This document shows, one piece after another, positions 11,097 through 20,688 of a stretch of 64,000 bases of DNA (the first letter of the stretch is position 1; each line of letters starts with the position of its first letter). The stretch comes from an uncultured Fibrobacteria bacterium (GTDB lineage Bacteria; Fibrobacterota; Fibrobacteria; UBA11236). The position numbers and the translations under genes were made by a program. The notes under the pieces were generated by a model. That model did not search any database. It saw only the letters and a program-made list of their open reading frames with translations, and was not told the origin of the DNA. Location of the stretch: positions 1,792,001 through 1,856,000 of the forward strand of contig OY970309.1 of NCBI GenBank assembly GCA_963716395.1. Direction: 5' to 3'.

Positions 11097-12806
11097 ATGA
11101 GGAAAAGCAAATTGTATTACGCCACCGTCACCTGCGTGGTGTTGGCGTTCGCCTTCATCGGCAAGCGCGTGCAGGCCGACAGCGACAAGTTCTATTCGAA
11201 CCTGATTCGCCTCGACAAGGTCATCTCCAAGATCAGCGAGAACTATGTCGAAAACGTCTCTTCGGACGAGTTGGTCGACGCCGCCATTACCGGCATCCGC
11301 GGCATACTCGATCCCCACACCGCCTATTTCACGCCCAAGGATTACGAAGAGTTGAAGGTGAGCACCGATGGCGAATTCGGCGGACTCGGCATTCAAATCG
11401 GCATGCGCGATCAGATTTTGACCGTGGTATCGCCGTTGGTGGGCACGCCCGCCTACCGCATGGGGCTTCAGGCTGGCGATGAAATCCTACGCATCGACAC
11501 CCTGAGCACCGAAGGCATGACCATCGACGACGCGGTCGACAAGCTGCGCGGGCGACCCGGCACCTTGGTGAAGCTCACCATCGGCCGCGAAGGCGCGCCC
11601 AAGCCGCTCGAATTCACCATCACGCGCGAAATCATCAAAATCGCCAGCGTGCCCTACGCCGCCCTGTTACCCGACTCGATGGGTTACGTCAAGGTGACCC
11701 AATTCGCCAAGCGCACCAGCGAAGATCTCGAAGCCAAACTCGATCAGCTGAAAAAGCAGCATGCCAAGGGGCTGATCCTCGACTTGCGCTTCAATCCCGG
11801 CGGGCTTCTGAACCAGGCTATCGGCGTGTCGGAATTGTTTCTGCCCAAGAACGATCTCGTAGTGTTCACCAAAGGCCGCGTGGCCTCGCAGAATCAGGAA
11901 TACCGCAGCGACCGTGATCCCGTATGGACCAAGAATATGGTGATTCTGGTGAATGAAAACTCCGCCTCGGCCGCCGAAATCGTGGCCGGCGCCATGCAGG
12001 ATTGGGATCGCGGCGTGGTGATGGGCCAGAATACCTACGGCAAGGGATCGGTGCAGACCATTCTGCCCCTCGACGGCCAAGAGGACATTCTCAAGTTGAC
12101 CACTGCTTACTATTACACGCCTTCGGGCCGCTGCATCAACAAGCCGGAAAACGCGGTGCGGTTCAAGCATGAAGAAGCCGTGCGCGATTCGCTGCGCGAC
12201 GACACCGATTGGTTCAAAACCCATGACGGCCGGCGGGTACTGGCGGGCGGCGGCATCATGCCCGACGTGCTGGTGCCCGATCCCCATTATTCGCGCTACG
12301 ATCAGGAACTGCTGCGCAAAACCATGTTTTTCGACTTCGTCATCCAGAAGCGTCCCGAATTGTCGGCCCAGGGCAAGAAAATCGATTCCAGCTTCCAAGT
12401 CACGCCGCAACTGCTGGACGAGTTCAAGAAATTCGTCTATTCCGATACCACCTTCACGCATTTCAAGAGTGCGGCCCAATTGGCGCTCGAAAACGTGCGC
12501 GAGGCTTGGAAAAAAGATCGCGAAGATCGCGGTGATACCGCCGACGCCAAGGCCTTGGCCGGCTTCGACCAAGCGGCGGCGCCTCTGGCTGCGTTGCTGC
12601 GCGCCGATGTCGACAAAGAATTCGCCCTCAACCTCGATTTCATCAAACAGGAACTCAAGGCCGAATTTTTGGGCACCTTAATCAGCGACGACGCGCGCAC
12701 CGATTTCGAGATTAAGCATGACGGGCAGGTGGCCCAGGCCCTGCGGTATCTCGAAAACGAACCCCTTTACTCCAAGGTTTTACGCAAGGCCAAGAATAAG
12801 GGTTAA
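11097..12806 (+). CDS. S41 family C-terminal processing peptidase (PDZ)
   Basis: LDPHT, FGGLGI, DLRFNPGG, SASAAEI, GKGSVQ. Confidence 0.95.
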   Translation: MRKSKLYYATVTCVVLAFAFIGKRVQADSDKFYSNLIRLDKVISKISENYVENVSSDELVDAAITGIRGILDPHTAYFTPKDYEELKVSTDGEFGGLGIQIGMRDQILTVVSPLVGTPAYRMGLQAGDEILRIDTLSTEGMTIDDAVDKLRGRPGTLVKLTIGREGAPKPLEFTITREIIKIASVPYAALLPDSMGYVKVTQFAKRTSEDLEAKLDQLKKQHAKGLILDLRFNPGGLLNQAIGVSELFLPKNDLVVFTKGRVASQNQEYRSDRDPVWTKNMVILVNENSASAAEIVAGAMQDWDRGVVMGQNTYGKGSVQTILPLDGQEDILKLTTAYYYTPSGRCINKPENAVRFKHEEAVRDSLRDDTDWFKTHDGRRVLAGGGIMPDVLVPDPHYSRYDQELLRKTMFFDFVIQKRPELSAQGKKIDSSFQVTPQLLDEFKKFVYSDTTFTHFKSAAQLALENVREAWKKDREDRGDTADAKALAGFDQAAAPLAALLRADVDKEFALNLDFIKQELKAEFLGTLISDDARTDFEIKHDGQVAQALRYLENEPLYSKVLRKAKNKG

Positions 12807-12867
12807 GGGTACCTCTTATAATCGGTCCGCCTCAGGCGGAGAATGCGATGATGAGAGGTACCCTTAA
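12803..12867. mobile_element. MITE/REP-like inverted-repeat element, copy A
   Basis: Perfect 14-bp IR TTAAGGGTACCTCT / AGAGGTACCCTTAA, internal hairpin TCCGCC-TCA-GGCGGA. Begins at the S41 protease stop codon. Confidence 0.7.
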
Positions 12868-13197
12868 GCCTCCGGGAATTGGTCGCCATAACCTCTGGCG
12901 TCCGGAAGGCTTTGCCCGCGTTAAATTCCGCGGCGCGCCTGATTAAAGACCGACCGCCGCAGGGGCGTCCGGCCGGGATGCGGTCGCCGGCTTTCCAATC
13001 GCAACCTCATTTCCGAATGGGCTGGCAGTTTGAAAACCGCGTGAGACCCCGACCCAAGGTTCCAAAAACAAGTCGGGTTGTCGCGGCGAATGAAAAATAA
13101 GCGGAAATATATCCGGTTGAATCCGTGATACCCAACCCTCTCCTGGTATTACCCTTATATTCCAGGCAGGTTCATACTACCCAGTGGATATCCGTCT

Positions 13198-15405
13198 ATG
13201 CGCTCGCCCCCAACTTGCCCGCGGAGGGTTTTGCAAATTCGGTTCCGGGCCGCTGCGGTGCTGCTGGTTTGCGGAACCCTGACCGCGCAAACCACGCTGC
13301 CGTTAAATGTGAAGCTCTACGATCATAATTACGGGGATTTTGGGGGCGACTTCAGCGCGATATCCGTGACGACATGCAATTACAACGTGTACCAAGCCGC
13401 GCCCGGAATGGTGACCGACTCCCTTTATTTCGACTCCGTCCTGATGAAAAAAAATCTGCGGCAGGGTCCCAATCTGTGCGGATCCGCGAATATCGGCAAA
13501 TGGTTTGATCCCAATTACGCCCGCGTCTACACCTGCGGCAACCTTTTTTTCAACAATGTCGGAACCACCGCGGCGCCGCGCTGGAGGTTTGACGATACCG
13601 TGTTCCATCCCATGGACAGCCTGAGTTTGCAGCCCACCTGGGATTCCGGCGGAGTGTATTTACCGCATGATTTCGCCTTTTGCATGGAGATCAACACCGG
13701 GTTCGTTTACCAGGGTGGGGATTCGATGTGGTTCAAGGCCGATGATGATTTGTGGGCATATCTCGACAACCATCTGGTGGCGGATTTGGGTGGCGTGCAT
13801 TATTACCAGCAAGCCACGGTGAAGTTGGACACCTTGCCGTTCTTGCGGGGGCGCCAAGGTCAAAATCTGGATTTGGATGTTTACTACTGCGGCCGTCAGC
13901 CCGCCACCACGGTGTTCGGCATGGAGACCAATGTGAAACTGACGCCGCTCGCCGTCAAAGATTTGCAAATCGTCGATACCTTGGGGCAACCGGTGATCGC
14001 CAAAAGCATCATCGTCGGGAAAACCCGGGTGTGCGCGCGTCCCGATTTCCTGGTGCCCGGTGATGCGTCTTGCGGCAATTACGAGATGCCCGCGGGGCTC
14101 AGCTTTCTGGACGCCGACTGGGTGTTGAACGGCCAGACGCTTTCCATCAGCGGCGGCCAGCAATGCCTCGATCTCGATCCCTCGCAATTCGCCAACAACC
14201 AGAAAATCAACATCACCGCCACGGCCGAAGACAAGACCGCCGGCATCACCCTGACCTTGGTACGGGTGGCAAAACCGGTGGCGGGATGGCTGCACGGAAA
14301 CGGACGCGCCGAAACCGTGCAATTGAATTTGGATACAGCGGGCGGCCCGGCCCCCAATGGCCTGCAAACCGCCTTCACGTTCGCGGGCCGGGAACATACC
14401 CTCTGGGCCTACCCCGCCGGTAACTCCCCGGATACCCTGGTTTTGACCGGCACACTGGGCACCGATCCCGGCCCGTTGGGACTCACCGGCTTCACCCCCA
14501 TCCCGGCGGCCACGCAGCAAACCATTTACAGCCAAGTCATCGCCGAAAGCTGCTCTTTGAAAGACGGTGTCAGCCCGATTGCCACCTCAGCCCGATTCGA
14601 CTGGGATACTTCGGGATCCGGCTTTCCCGCCGTTCTGAATCTGGGGCTTTCCGAACCCTTGTCCACCCCCGCCAACCTGCTGGTGAACGCGGTGGCGGTG
14701 CAAGGGCCCGATGGGTCGGCCCTGAACCTTTCCGTCGCGGGGTGCCGGGGACTGTATCCGGATGCAGCGCAGATCCGGTTGCTGCTCCCGGAACTCGTAG
14801 CGGAAAATCTAAGGCCGGGAGACAGCTTGACCTTGACCGCGGCGGCGATGGATACGGCGGGTAATCCCGCGCAGCCGTATTTTATCGCGGTTGATTTTCC
14901 CAACGACCTGTCGCCTCAGATCGGGAATGTGCATTTCCAAAACGCCTTCACCATTGGAGCCGAGGTGAATCCCCTCGACGGAGATCCCGTCATGGTTTTG
15001 GTCGACGCCTCGGGAAACCCACTCTGGGACCGCGAACCCGACAGCCGGTTGGCAGCCATGCGCGGCCCGGTGCTGGAAATCTCCACCCAGGTACCGCTGA
15101 GCCGGATTCAACTCCAATTTTTCGACCATCTGGGAAATTTCATCAACGCCTGGGATCAGACTTTAACCGCGGCGGATTGGGAGCGCGTTTTGCGTGCCGG
15201 GGGTTCCGGAGACACCGAAGTGTATTTGATGTGGGTTCCCGTCTCAAGCACCGGGCATCGGGTCGGTACCGGCGTGTATATCGTGCAGGGGCAGGTGTGG
15301 AGCGATTATGGTTCCCCGGTTTCCGGCGCCGACGGGGTATTGATGAAAGCGCGCGCCACGCACATCAACGTGAATCCAATCCGTTTCGGATACGTCCGCC
15401 ACTGA
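13198..15405 (+). CDS. fibro-slime (PA14-like) domain secreted protein
   Basis: HDFAFCMEI..F.Y.GG, ADDDLWAYLDNHLVADLGGVH. C-terminal FDHLGNFI...W...RVGTGVY domain typical of Fibrobacter secreted proteins. Confidence 0.85.
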   Translation: MRSPPTCPRRVLQIRFRAAAVLLVCGTLTAQTTLPLNVKLYDHNYGDFGGDFSAISVTTCNYNVYQAAPGMVTDSLYFDSVLMKKNLRQGPNLCGSANIGKWFDPNYARVYTCGNLFFNNVGTTAAPRWRFDDTVFHPMDSLSLQPTWDSGGVYLPHDFAFCMEINTGFVYQGGDSMWFKADDDLWAYLDNHLVADLGGVHYYQQATVKLDTLPFLRGRQGQNLDLDVYYCGRQPATTVFGMETNVKLTPLAVKDLQIVDTLGQPVIAKSIIVGKTRVCARPDFLVPGDASCGNYEMPAGLSFLDADWVLNGQTLSISGGQQCLDLDPSQFANNQKINITATAEDKTAGITLTLVRVAKPVAGWLHGNGRAETVQLNLDTAGGPAPNGLQTAFTFAGREHTLWAYPAGNSPDTLVLTGTLGTDPGPLGLTGFTPIPAATQQTIYSQVIAESCSLKDGVSPIATSARFDWDTSGSGFPAVLNLGLSEPLSTPANLLVNAVAVQGPDGSALNLSVAGCRGLYPDAAQIRLLLPELVAENLRPGDSLTLTAAAMDTAGNPAQPYFIAVDFPNDLSPQIGNVHFQNAFTIGAEVNPLDGDPVMVLVDASGNPLWDREPDSRLAAMRGPVLEISTQVPLSRIQLQFFDHLGNFINAWDQTLTAADWERVLRAGGSGDTEVYLMWVPVSSTGHRVGTGVYIVQGQVWSDYGSPVSGADGVLMKARATHINVNPIRFGYVRH

Positions 15406-15415
15406 GGTACCCTTA
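15404..15415. repeat. solo right end of the MITE-like element (GAGGTACCCTTA), copy B
   Basis: Identical to 12855-12866. Fills the gap between two convergent stop codons. Confidence 0.55.
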
Positions 15416-16171
15416 GGGCGAAAGCCAAATGATGGCGGCCGGATTCCAACCGGTGGCGGTGAAGCTGGAATCGGTGTTCAGCGAATCCTGGGAAGTATAC
15501 ACGAGGCTGTCCCGCGACAGGGCGTTGAGGGCGTAAATCCCGGGCGGCAGGCTCGGTAACAGGAAGGATCCGTCCGCCTGCACGGCGGCCGCAAACGGCG
15601 AGCCGGAAATGAAAATCGAGTCCAAGCCCAAAGTCTCTCCTACAAGTCCCACCTGGCCGCGCAGGTTCGTGGCCGGCGGACTGAGCGCCAACGATCCCGA
15701 AAGCACGCCGTTGTTGAGAACCCAGGGATGGCCCTGGGTTTTTTGAAACCGGTAGTCGCTGCCCGAACGCGTCAGCAAAAAATCGCTGGCGAAGGCCTGA
15801 CCGCCCGGATTGAGGCCGATCAAATTGAATGCGATGGTGTCGGAGTTGGGCCAGGGAATGCCGCGCGCCTGGGCCTGCGTCATGGCCGACACCAGCGCTG
15901 CGGGCGTGATTTGCACCGTGTTCTGGGCCGAGGGCGTCGATTGTTCCAGGATCGCTTCCGTATCGAAGACCGGGTTTTGGAAGCGCGCGTAAACCCGCAC
16001 CGTACCCGCAGTGTTTCCATCGGGGTTGGTGAGGGAAACCGCCAGGGCCGGATACTCCACGTCATCGGTTCCCCCGCAGGCCGCGAAAAAGAAAATCGCC
16101 AACCCCGGCCAAATCAAGCCCGAAAACAGCCTCCGCCGGAGGAAGGACCTGCCTGCAAACAGAGGGCTCAT
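15413..16171 (-). CDS. hypothetical lipoprotein, translationally coupled to the TIGR02147-like gene
   Basis: Signal with AAC lipobox. C-terminal ADGSFLLPSLPPGIY beta-sandwich motif. ATGA overlap at 16168-16171. Confidence 0.75.
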   Translation of the reverse strand: MSPLFAGRSFLRRRLFSGLIWPGLAIFFFAACGGTDDVEYPALAVSLTNPDGNTAGTVRVYARFQNPVFDTEAILEQSTPSAQNTVQITPAALVSAMTQAQARGIPWPNSDTIAFNLIGLNPGGQAFASDFLLTRSGSDYRFQKTQGHPWVLNNGVLSGSLALSPPATNLRGQVGLVGETLGLDSIFISGSPFAAAVQADGSFLLPSLPPGIYALNALSRDSLVYTSQDSLNTDSSFTATGWNPAAIIWLSP

Positions 16172-17043
16172 GGTTTTTTCTTGGGCACCGCCTCCGGTCC
16201 CCATTCCGGAAGTATGGTGTTGGGAAAGAGTTGGATGTTCACGGTATAAACCCGATCTTCTTCCCGGTCCGACGCCACCAGGGCTTTGAGATCCTCACGA
16301 AAGGAGCGAACCCGCTCCCGCAATTCCTGGAACCCTTGGTGGGAGACATAGACGGTCATAGTGCTGTACTCCAAATCCGAAGTGGGAATGTGGGGCATCA
16401 CTTCTTTGGCGAGGTTGAGCATTTCCACGATGCGGGTTTTATTGCTGAAGTTTTTCTGATCGGGTTCCATGGTGATATGGGGATCCGTAACCGCATAACC
16501 GTTGGCGGTTTTGGTAATCAAGCCCAACTTCAAAAGCAGCCTTACCGCCTCCTCCACTTCTCGGACGGTGAGTTGGGGAAAGATTTCCTGGCCGATGCTT
16601 TCCGCATTTCTTTCCTTCGGGCGGATGCCGAAAAAAGCGCGGATCACCGAGTTTTGCCATTTCGCATAAAACTCGAAGCGATCTTTGGTGATGATGCGCG
16701 TTGGGGATTTTTTGTACTTGGCCAGAGCGGCGTAGAAGTGCTGCTTGCTCTCCTCGTTCTTCGACTGGTTGAATTGCACCAGTAATTCGAAATAACTTAA
16801 TTCGGAGGCCGTTAGTTTCATCGCTTTGGCCAATTTGAAGCGCAAATCTATGGTGAGATTCCGCTTGCCCGCGATAACTTTGGTGAAAAAGCTGGAATAC
16901 GACAATGGCAGTCCCGCATGTTTGGCAAACCCTCGCAGGGAAAAGCGGTAATCTTCCATTTTACGCGTGGAGAAATAATCCTCGAGAAACCGCCGGTAAT
17001 CCAGGTAATTGAAAACAGAGGGAGAGCTTTTGGGGTTCGCCAT
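16168..17043 (-). CDS. TIGR02147 family (Fibrobacter paralogous family, HTH + DUF4423-like) protein
   Basis: VFNYLDYRRFL, FSLRGFAKHAG, GKRNLT, YFELLVQFNQ, VYTVNIQLFP. Confidence 0.88.
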   Translation of the reverse strand: MANPKSSPSVFNYLDYRRFLEDYFSTRKMEDYRFSLRGFAKHAGLPLSYSSFFTKVIAGKRNLTIDLRFKLAKAMKLTASELSYFELLVQFNQSKNEESKQHFYAALAKYKKSPTRIITKDRFEFYAKWQNSVIRAFFGIRPKERNAESIGQEIFPQLTVREVEEAVRLLLKLGLITKTANGYAVTDPHITMEPDQKNFSNKTRIVEMLNLAKEVMPHIPTSDLEYSTMTVYVSHQGFQELRERVRSFREDLKALVASDREEDRVYTVNIQLFPNTILPEWGPEAVPKKKP

Positions 17044-17582
17044 CGAATTTTGCGCTCAAGTTCAAACTAAGAATACCGCCGGGGTGCCACGCAAATGGAT
17101 TGCTGCGGGGGCCGAAATGAGTACAAAACGTCTTCATTATTCGTCGAAATCGGTTCTGGGTGCGTGGAGGCTCACGATACATTCCCCAAAGCAAGGAGAG
17201 GAGTTGTGCACGTTTTGGTTTCCGGAGATGGCGTGATGGTGTCGACTCGGTTATCGTCCATCGCACCGCCGAAAGTGGATAGGGGCGGAATTCCGGACAA
17301 CTTCAAGGAGCGCTTCACAATTCCCCCTCCATTTTCCGTTTTTATCTTTAAATTCTGATGTGGAGAGCGGATTTTTATGGCGCAGCGGAAACGTTTCGGC
17401 AATTCCGAGCGGGGCAAACTGGGGTGTAAATATCAACTCCGGTGCCTTTGAATTTCCGCTTCCTGCGGGGCGGGAAATCAGCAAAAGCAATGGTGCGAAC
17501 GTTCCCAAAGGCGAGAGGATTTTGTCTGCGGGGTTTTAAGGGGATTAAAATGAAAACATGGCGGTCAATACAGGGGAGTGGG

Positions 17583-18920
17583 ATGAAGAAGCAACTTGGA
17601 ATCGGTTTCGGGGTCGCGGCGGCTTTGGCATTGATCGCCGCCCCCAATGCCCATGCGCAGCAGGATTACATGCCCCCGATGAGCGGTTGGCCGACTGGCG
17701 TTCAGACCCAATGGCAGGTGCAGGGCGAATATTACGGTTCGCAAACGCAAGATACCACCAAACATCTCGGCGCCTGGGTGGTAGCCAATGGAGGATCGAG
17801 CTACGGGCTTGTTATTCTGCCGGGAGGCCTGTTGACATTGCCGGGACAGCCATACGGTGGATGGGATACGAAAACTTTGTACCAAGGAACGGGAACGAGT
17901 GGTCCAGTAAATGGAACTCTTAACGGAAAAGTGTTCAACGTGAGCACCGCAACGGGCGGTTTTGTTTCAGATAGTATTACAGGAAATGGTGAAGCCAGAT
18001 CGCTTTATGTTCATAATGGCGGTACGGCATACGTCTTACAAAGGGTAAAACGCCATAGTCCCACCTTAGGGTTGAAGTATTCAGCGATTGCAAATATTCC
18101 AGGTGGAAGTGGAGTTGTTTCTCTCTTTGACTCTGCCACCGGCCAAGCGGATTTGTCGAAATGGGCTACGAACAATAACGACGGTGGTACGGGTACCTCC
18201 GGTCCTATACTCCGCAATAATTATCTCTACCGCGGGGTACATTCCGTGTCAGCCTTTGGTAGAGTTTTCATGCACATAGAATTTTTTTCCTGTTTTAACC
18301 CTACGGCAACGGGTCAAGGTCGGGCCAATAGCGGGGTTTATCAGCAAGGTCGATACGAAACCCAGGTATTGGATAATTTTGGTTTGCCGGCGATTAATGT
18401 GGATACTTATGGTGCGATTTACAGCATCAAAGATCCTCCGTTTGACCCTGAATTACCTCCTCAAGTTACCCTCCAAACCTATGACATATATTTTTCGCCC
18501 AGAACATCAGGCGGGGAAAATGATGTGGCCGGGTCTGCTTATTTCACCGTTTATGCGAACGGAGTATTGGTACAGGATTCAACCTTAGCTACGCATACAA
18601 CTACTTCACCTTATAATCAAATGGGCACCGACAATCAGCCGGTATTTTTACAAAATCATGGCAACGAAGTCGTCTTCAACAATATTTGGGTGGTCCCAAA
18701 CGCAACGGTTACTTCTTTGCCTTATAGTTCAATTTTGGCCGCCGCCTTGCCCCCTACTAGCGTAATGAATCCATTCAGTATTAAGCGCCCGAACAATAAA
18801 AGTGCGCTCAAATTGCTCGGAATCGGAGATGGGTTTGATTTGACGGGTCGGCACATTCATCGTGACGGAGCCGAGCTTTCCATCCTACCTGTTTTCATTC
18901 TTCCGAAGAAATCCAATTAA
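17583..18920 (+). CDS. secreted DUF1080 (3-keto-disaccharide hydrolase-like) protein
   Basis: Signal peptide (AHA-Q), MHIEF, QGRANSGVYQQGRYETQVLD, TYDIYF, LQNHGNEVVFNNIW. Basic tail with FDLTGR. Confidence 0.85.
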   Translation: MKKQLGIGFGVAAALALIAAPNAHAQQDYMPPMSGWPTGVQTQWQVQGEYYGSQTQDTTKHLGAWVVANGGSSYGLVILPGGLLTLPGQPYGGWDTKTLYQGTGTSGPVNGTLNGKVFNVSTATGGFVSDSITGNGEARSLYVHNGGTAYVLQRVKRHSPTLGLKYSAIANIPGGSGVVSLFDSATGQADLSKWATNNNDGGTGTSGPILRNNYLYRGVHSVSAFGRVFMHIEFFSCFNPTATGQGRANSGVYQQGRYETQVLDNFGLPAINVDTYGAIYSIKDPPFDPELPPQVTLQTYDIYFSPRTSGGENDVAGSAYFTVYANGVLVQDSTLATHTTTSPYNQMGTDNQPVFLQNHGNEVVFNNIWVVPNATVTSLPYSSILAAALPPTSVMNPFSIKRPNNKSALKLLGIGDGFDLTGRHIHRDGAELSILPVFILPKKSN

Positions 18921-18924
18921 AAAA

Positions 18925-18980
18925 TCGACTGTGAAGGCAACTGTGATGGGGAGAGTAATTATCCCTATCACAGTCGAATT
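18925..18980 (+). terminator. intergenic hairpin (terminator or mRNA stabiliser)
   Basis: ctgtgatgggga...tccctatcacag stem followed by a short T-rich stretch. Confidence 0.5.
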
Positions 18981-19025
18981 TAACTAAAATTTGGTTTTGA
19001 GTTTTCCCCGTTTCTGAAAGGAGTC

Positions 19026-20378
19026 GTGATGCTAGACTACAAGAAGTATTCCATTCTTGGCGTGTTTGTGATGGGAGCGGCCATGGGAATCAGCGCCGAT
19101 GTATCAACTGTAAAGTTGGATCCTTTAAATGTGCAAGCAAACTGGGAGGCCGGACAAATCGAAAGCTTCGATAACCGGGGAAATCAAACTGCGGCTCAGA
19201 TCAAAGACAAGCAACTCATCAGCCATAGTTCCGTTTGGTTGTTACAACAGGCGCAACTGTCGGATAATGTGAAGGTTTCTTTGGGCGTGGGCGGAATTTA
19301 TTTCTTCATTCCAGCGTCCCCGAGTAACTATTACAGTTTTGGCCAACGTTCCGCTTTTGGCATATCCGATTTGCATCTTGAATGCAATTTCTGGAAAATG
19401 GAGGAAAACGACCATGGCTTATCCCTGAAAGTGGGCGTTTTCCCCTTCAAATACAACGAAGATGCCAAGAATCTGGGTGAATACATGTTTCGAACCTATT
19501 CCTATCCCACGGTTATTTATACCGGTGGTTTGGTGGTGTTAAATACTGCGGGTGTGCAATTGAATGGTGTGGATGCGAATACGAAAATCGCCGGACTCAA
19601 TAATGACCTAATGGTCACCATCAAAACCGATCAAGCTCCCAGCGGCGCTTTGAGCTTGACCGATATCTTTTCCTATTCCATCAAGAATGTTTTCACATTG
19701 GGCGGGGGTTACCAATTCGATAATTTTTATGATGCGACGGGCCTGGTAAACGGGAACTATAATTCGCGGGGAATTGCTAATTACTATGTACTTTCGGATG
19801 GAAGCGTTGTATACGGAACTCTTCCGGCCGCAGATTCTTCGCTGCTTGTCAGTTCCGGTCATTATACCTTCGCCGGTCAAAAAGCCATGGGGAGGGCTTC
19901 GCTGGATCTTGGGAATTTGATTTCCAGTTTCATACCGAACTCATTTCTGACCGATAAGCAATTTCGCCTTTACGGCGAAGTCATCGCGATGGGGATCAAG
20001 GATTATCCCGGATATTATCAGAAGCTCAGCGATCGCATCGCTTATATGTACGGATTGAATATTCCCACGGGAAATTTATTGGATGTGCTGTCCGTGGAAG
20101 CCGAATATTGCCGGAACCCCTATCCGGATAACTCCTTCGAACCCTTACAAGACCTTGCGCCCGTGCCCAATACCAGCGCGGGTATTGATGGCAAATCGGA
20201 TAATTTCAAGTGGACCATTTATGCCCAGAAAAAAATCATCAACGGATTTTCAATTACCGCACAGGCGGCCCGGGATCACATGCGCCTCGTGGATTTCTTC
20301 GGTCATTACTATGATCAAACCATCATGCAGCACCCCCAAAACTGGTATTGGGCCTTCCAGCTCGGGTATTCGATTTAA
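19026..20378 (+). CDS. putative outer-membrane beta-barrel protein
   Basis: Signal peptide, amphipathic aromatic-rich strands, C-terminal WYWAFQLGYSI. AAGGAG RBS. Confidence 0.7.
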   Translation: MMLDYKKYSILGVFVMGAAMGISADVSTVKLDPLNVQANWEAGQIESFDNRGNQTAAQIKDKQLISHSSVWLLQQAQLSDNVKVSLGVGGIYFFIPASPSNYYSFGQRSAFGISDLHLECNFWKMEENDHGLSLKVGVFPFKYNEDAKNLGEYMFRTYSYPTVIYTGGLVVLNTAGVQLNGVDANTKIAGLNNDLMVTIKTDQAPSGALSLTDIFSYSIKNVFTLGGGYQFDNFYDATGLVNGNYNSRGIANYYVLSDGSVVYGTLPAADSSLLVSSGHYTFAGQKAMGRASLDLGNLISSFIPNSFLTDKQFRLYGEVIAMGIKDYPGYYQKLSDRIAYMYGLNIPTGNLLDVLSVEAEYCRNPYPDNSFEPLQDLAPVPNTSAGIDGKSDNFKWTIYAQKKIINGFSITAQAARDHMRLVDFFGHYYDQTIMQHPQNWYWAFQLGYSI

Positions 20379-20688
20379 TCCAGGGAGTACAATCCGAGAT
20401 CCGGTAACTGGATTACTGCGGCGGCAAAAGTCCGGCCGATGGGAATGCCGGTGGGCGCAAATCCGCCGGCTTCATTTTTCCGTTCCGAAATTCCAAACAA
20501 TCGTCCATCGCCCTCTAAACGAAATGAGGGCGGCTGCACTTCACAATTCCCCGTTTTTCTCAGGATTGATTCAAAAAACCGAATAACCCTTTTGAATCTC
20601 TGTGACCGGCGTCACCAGCCGGCGTAACCGAATTTTTAACATTTCCGTCCAAGAGTTTTAATTCCGTTCCGCGGCGGAAGGATGGGGT

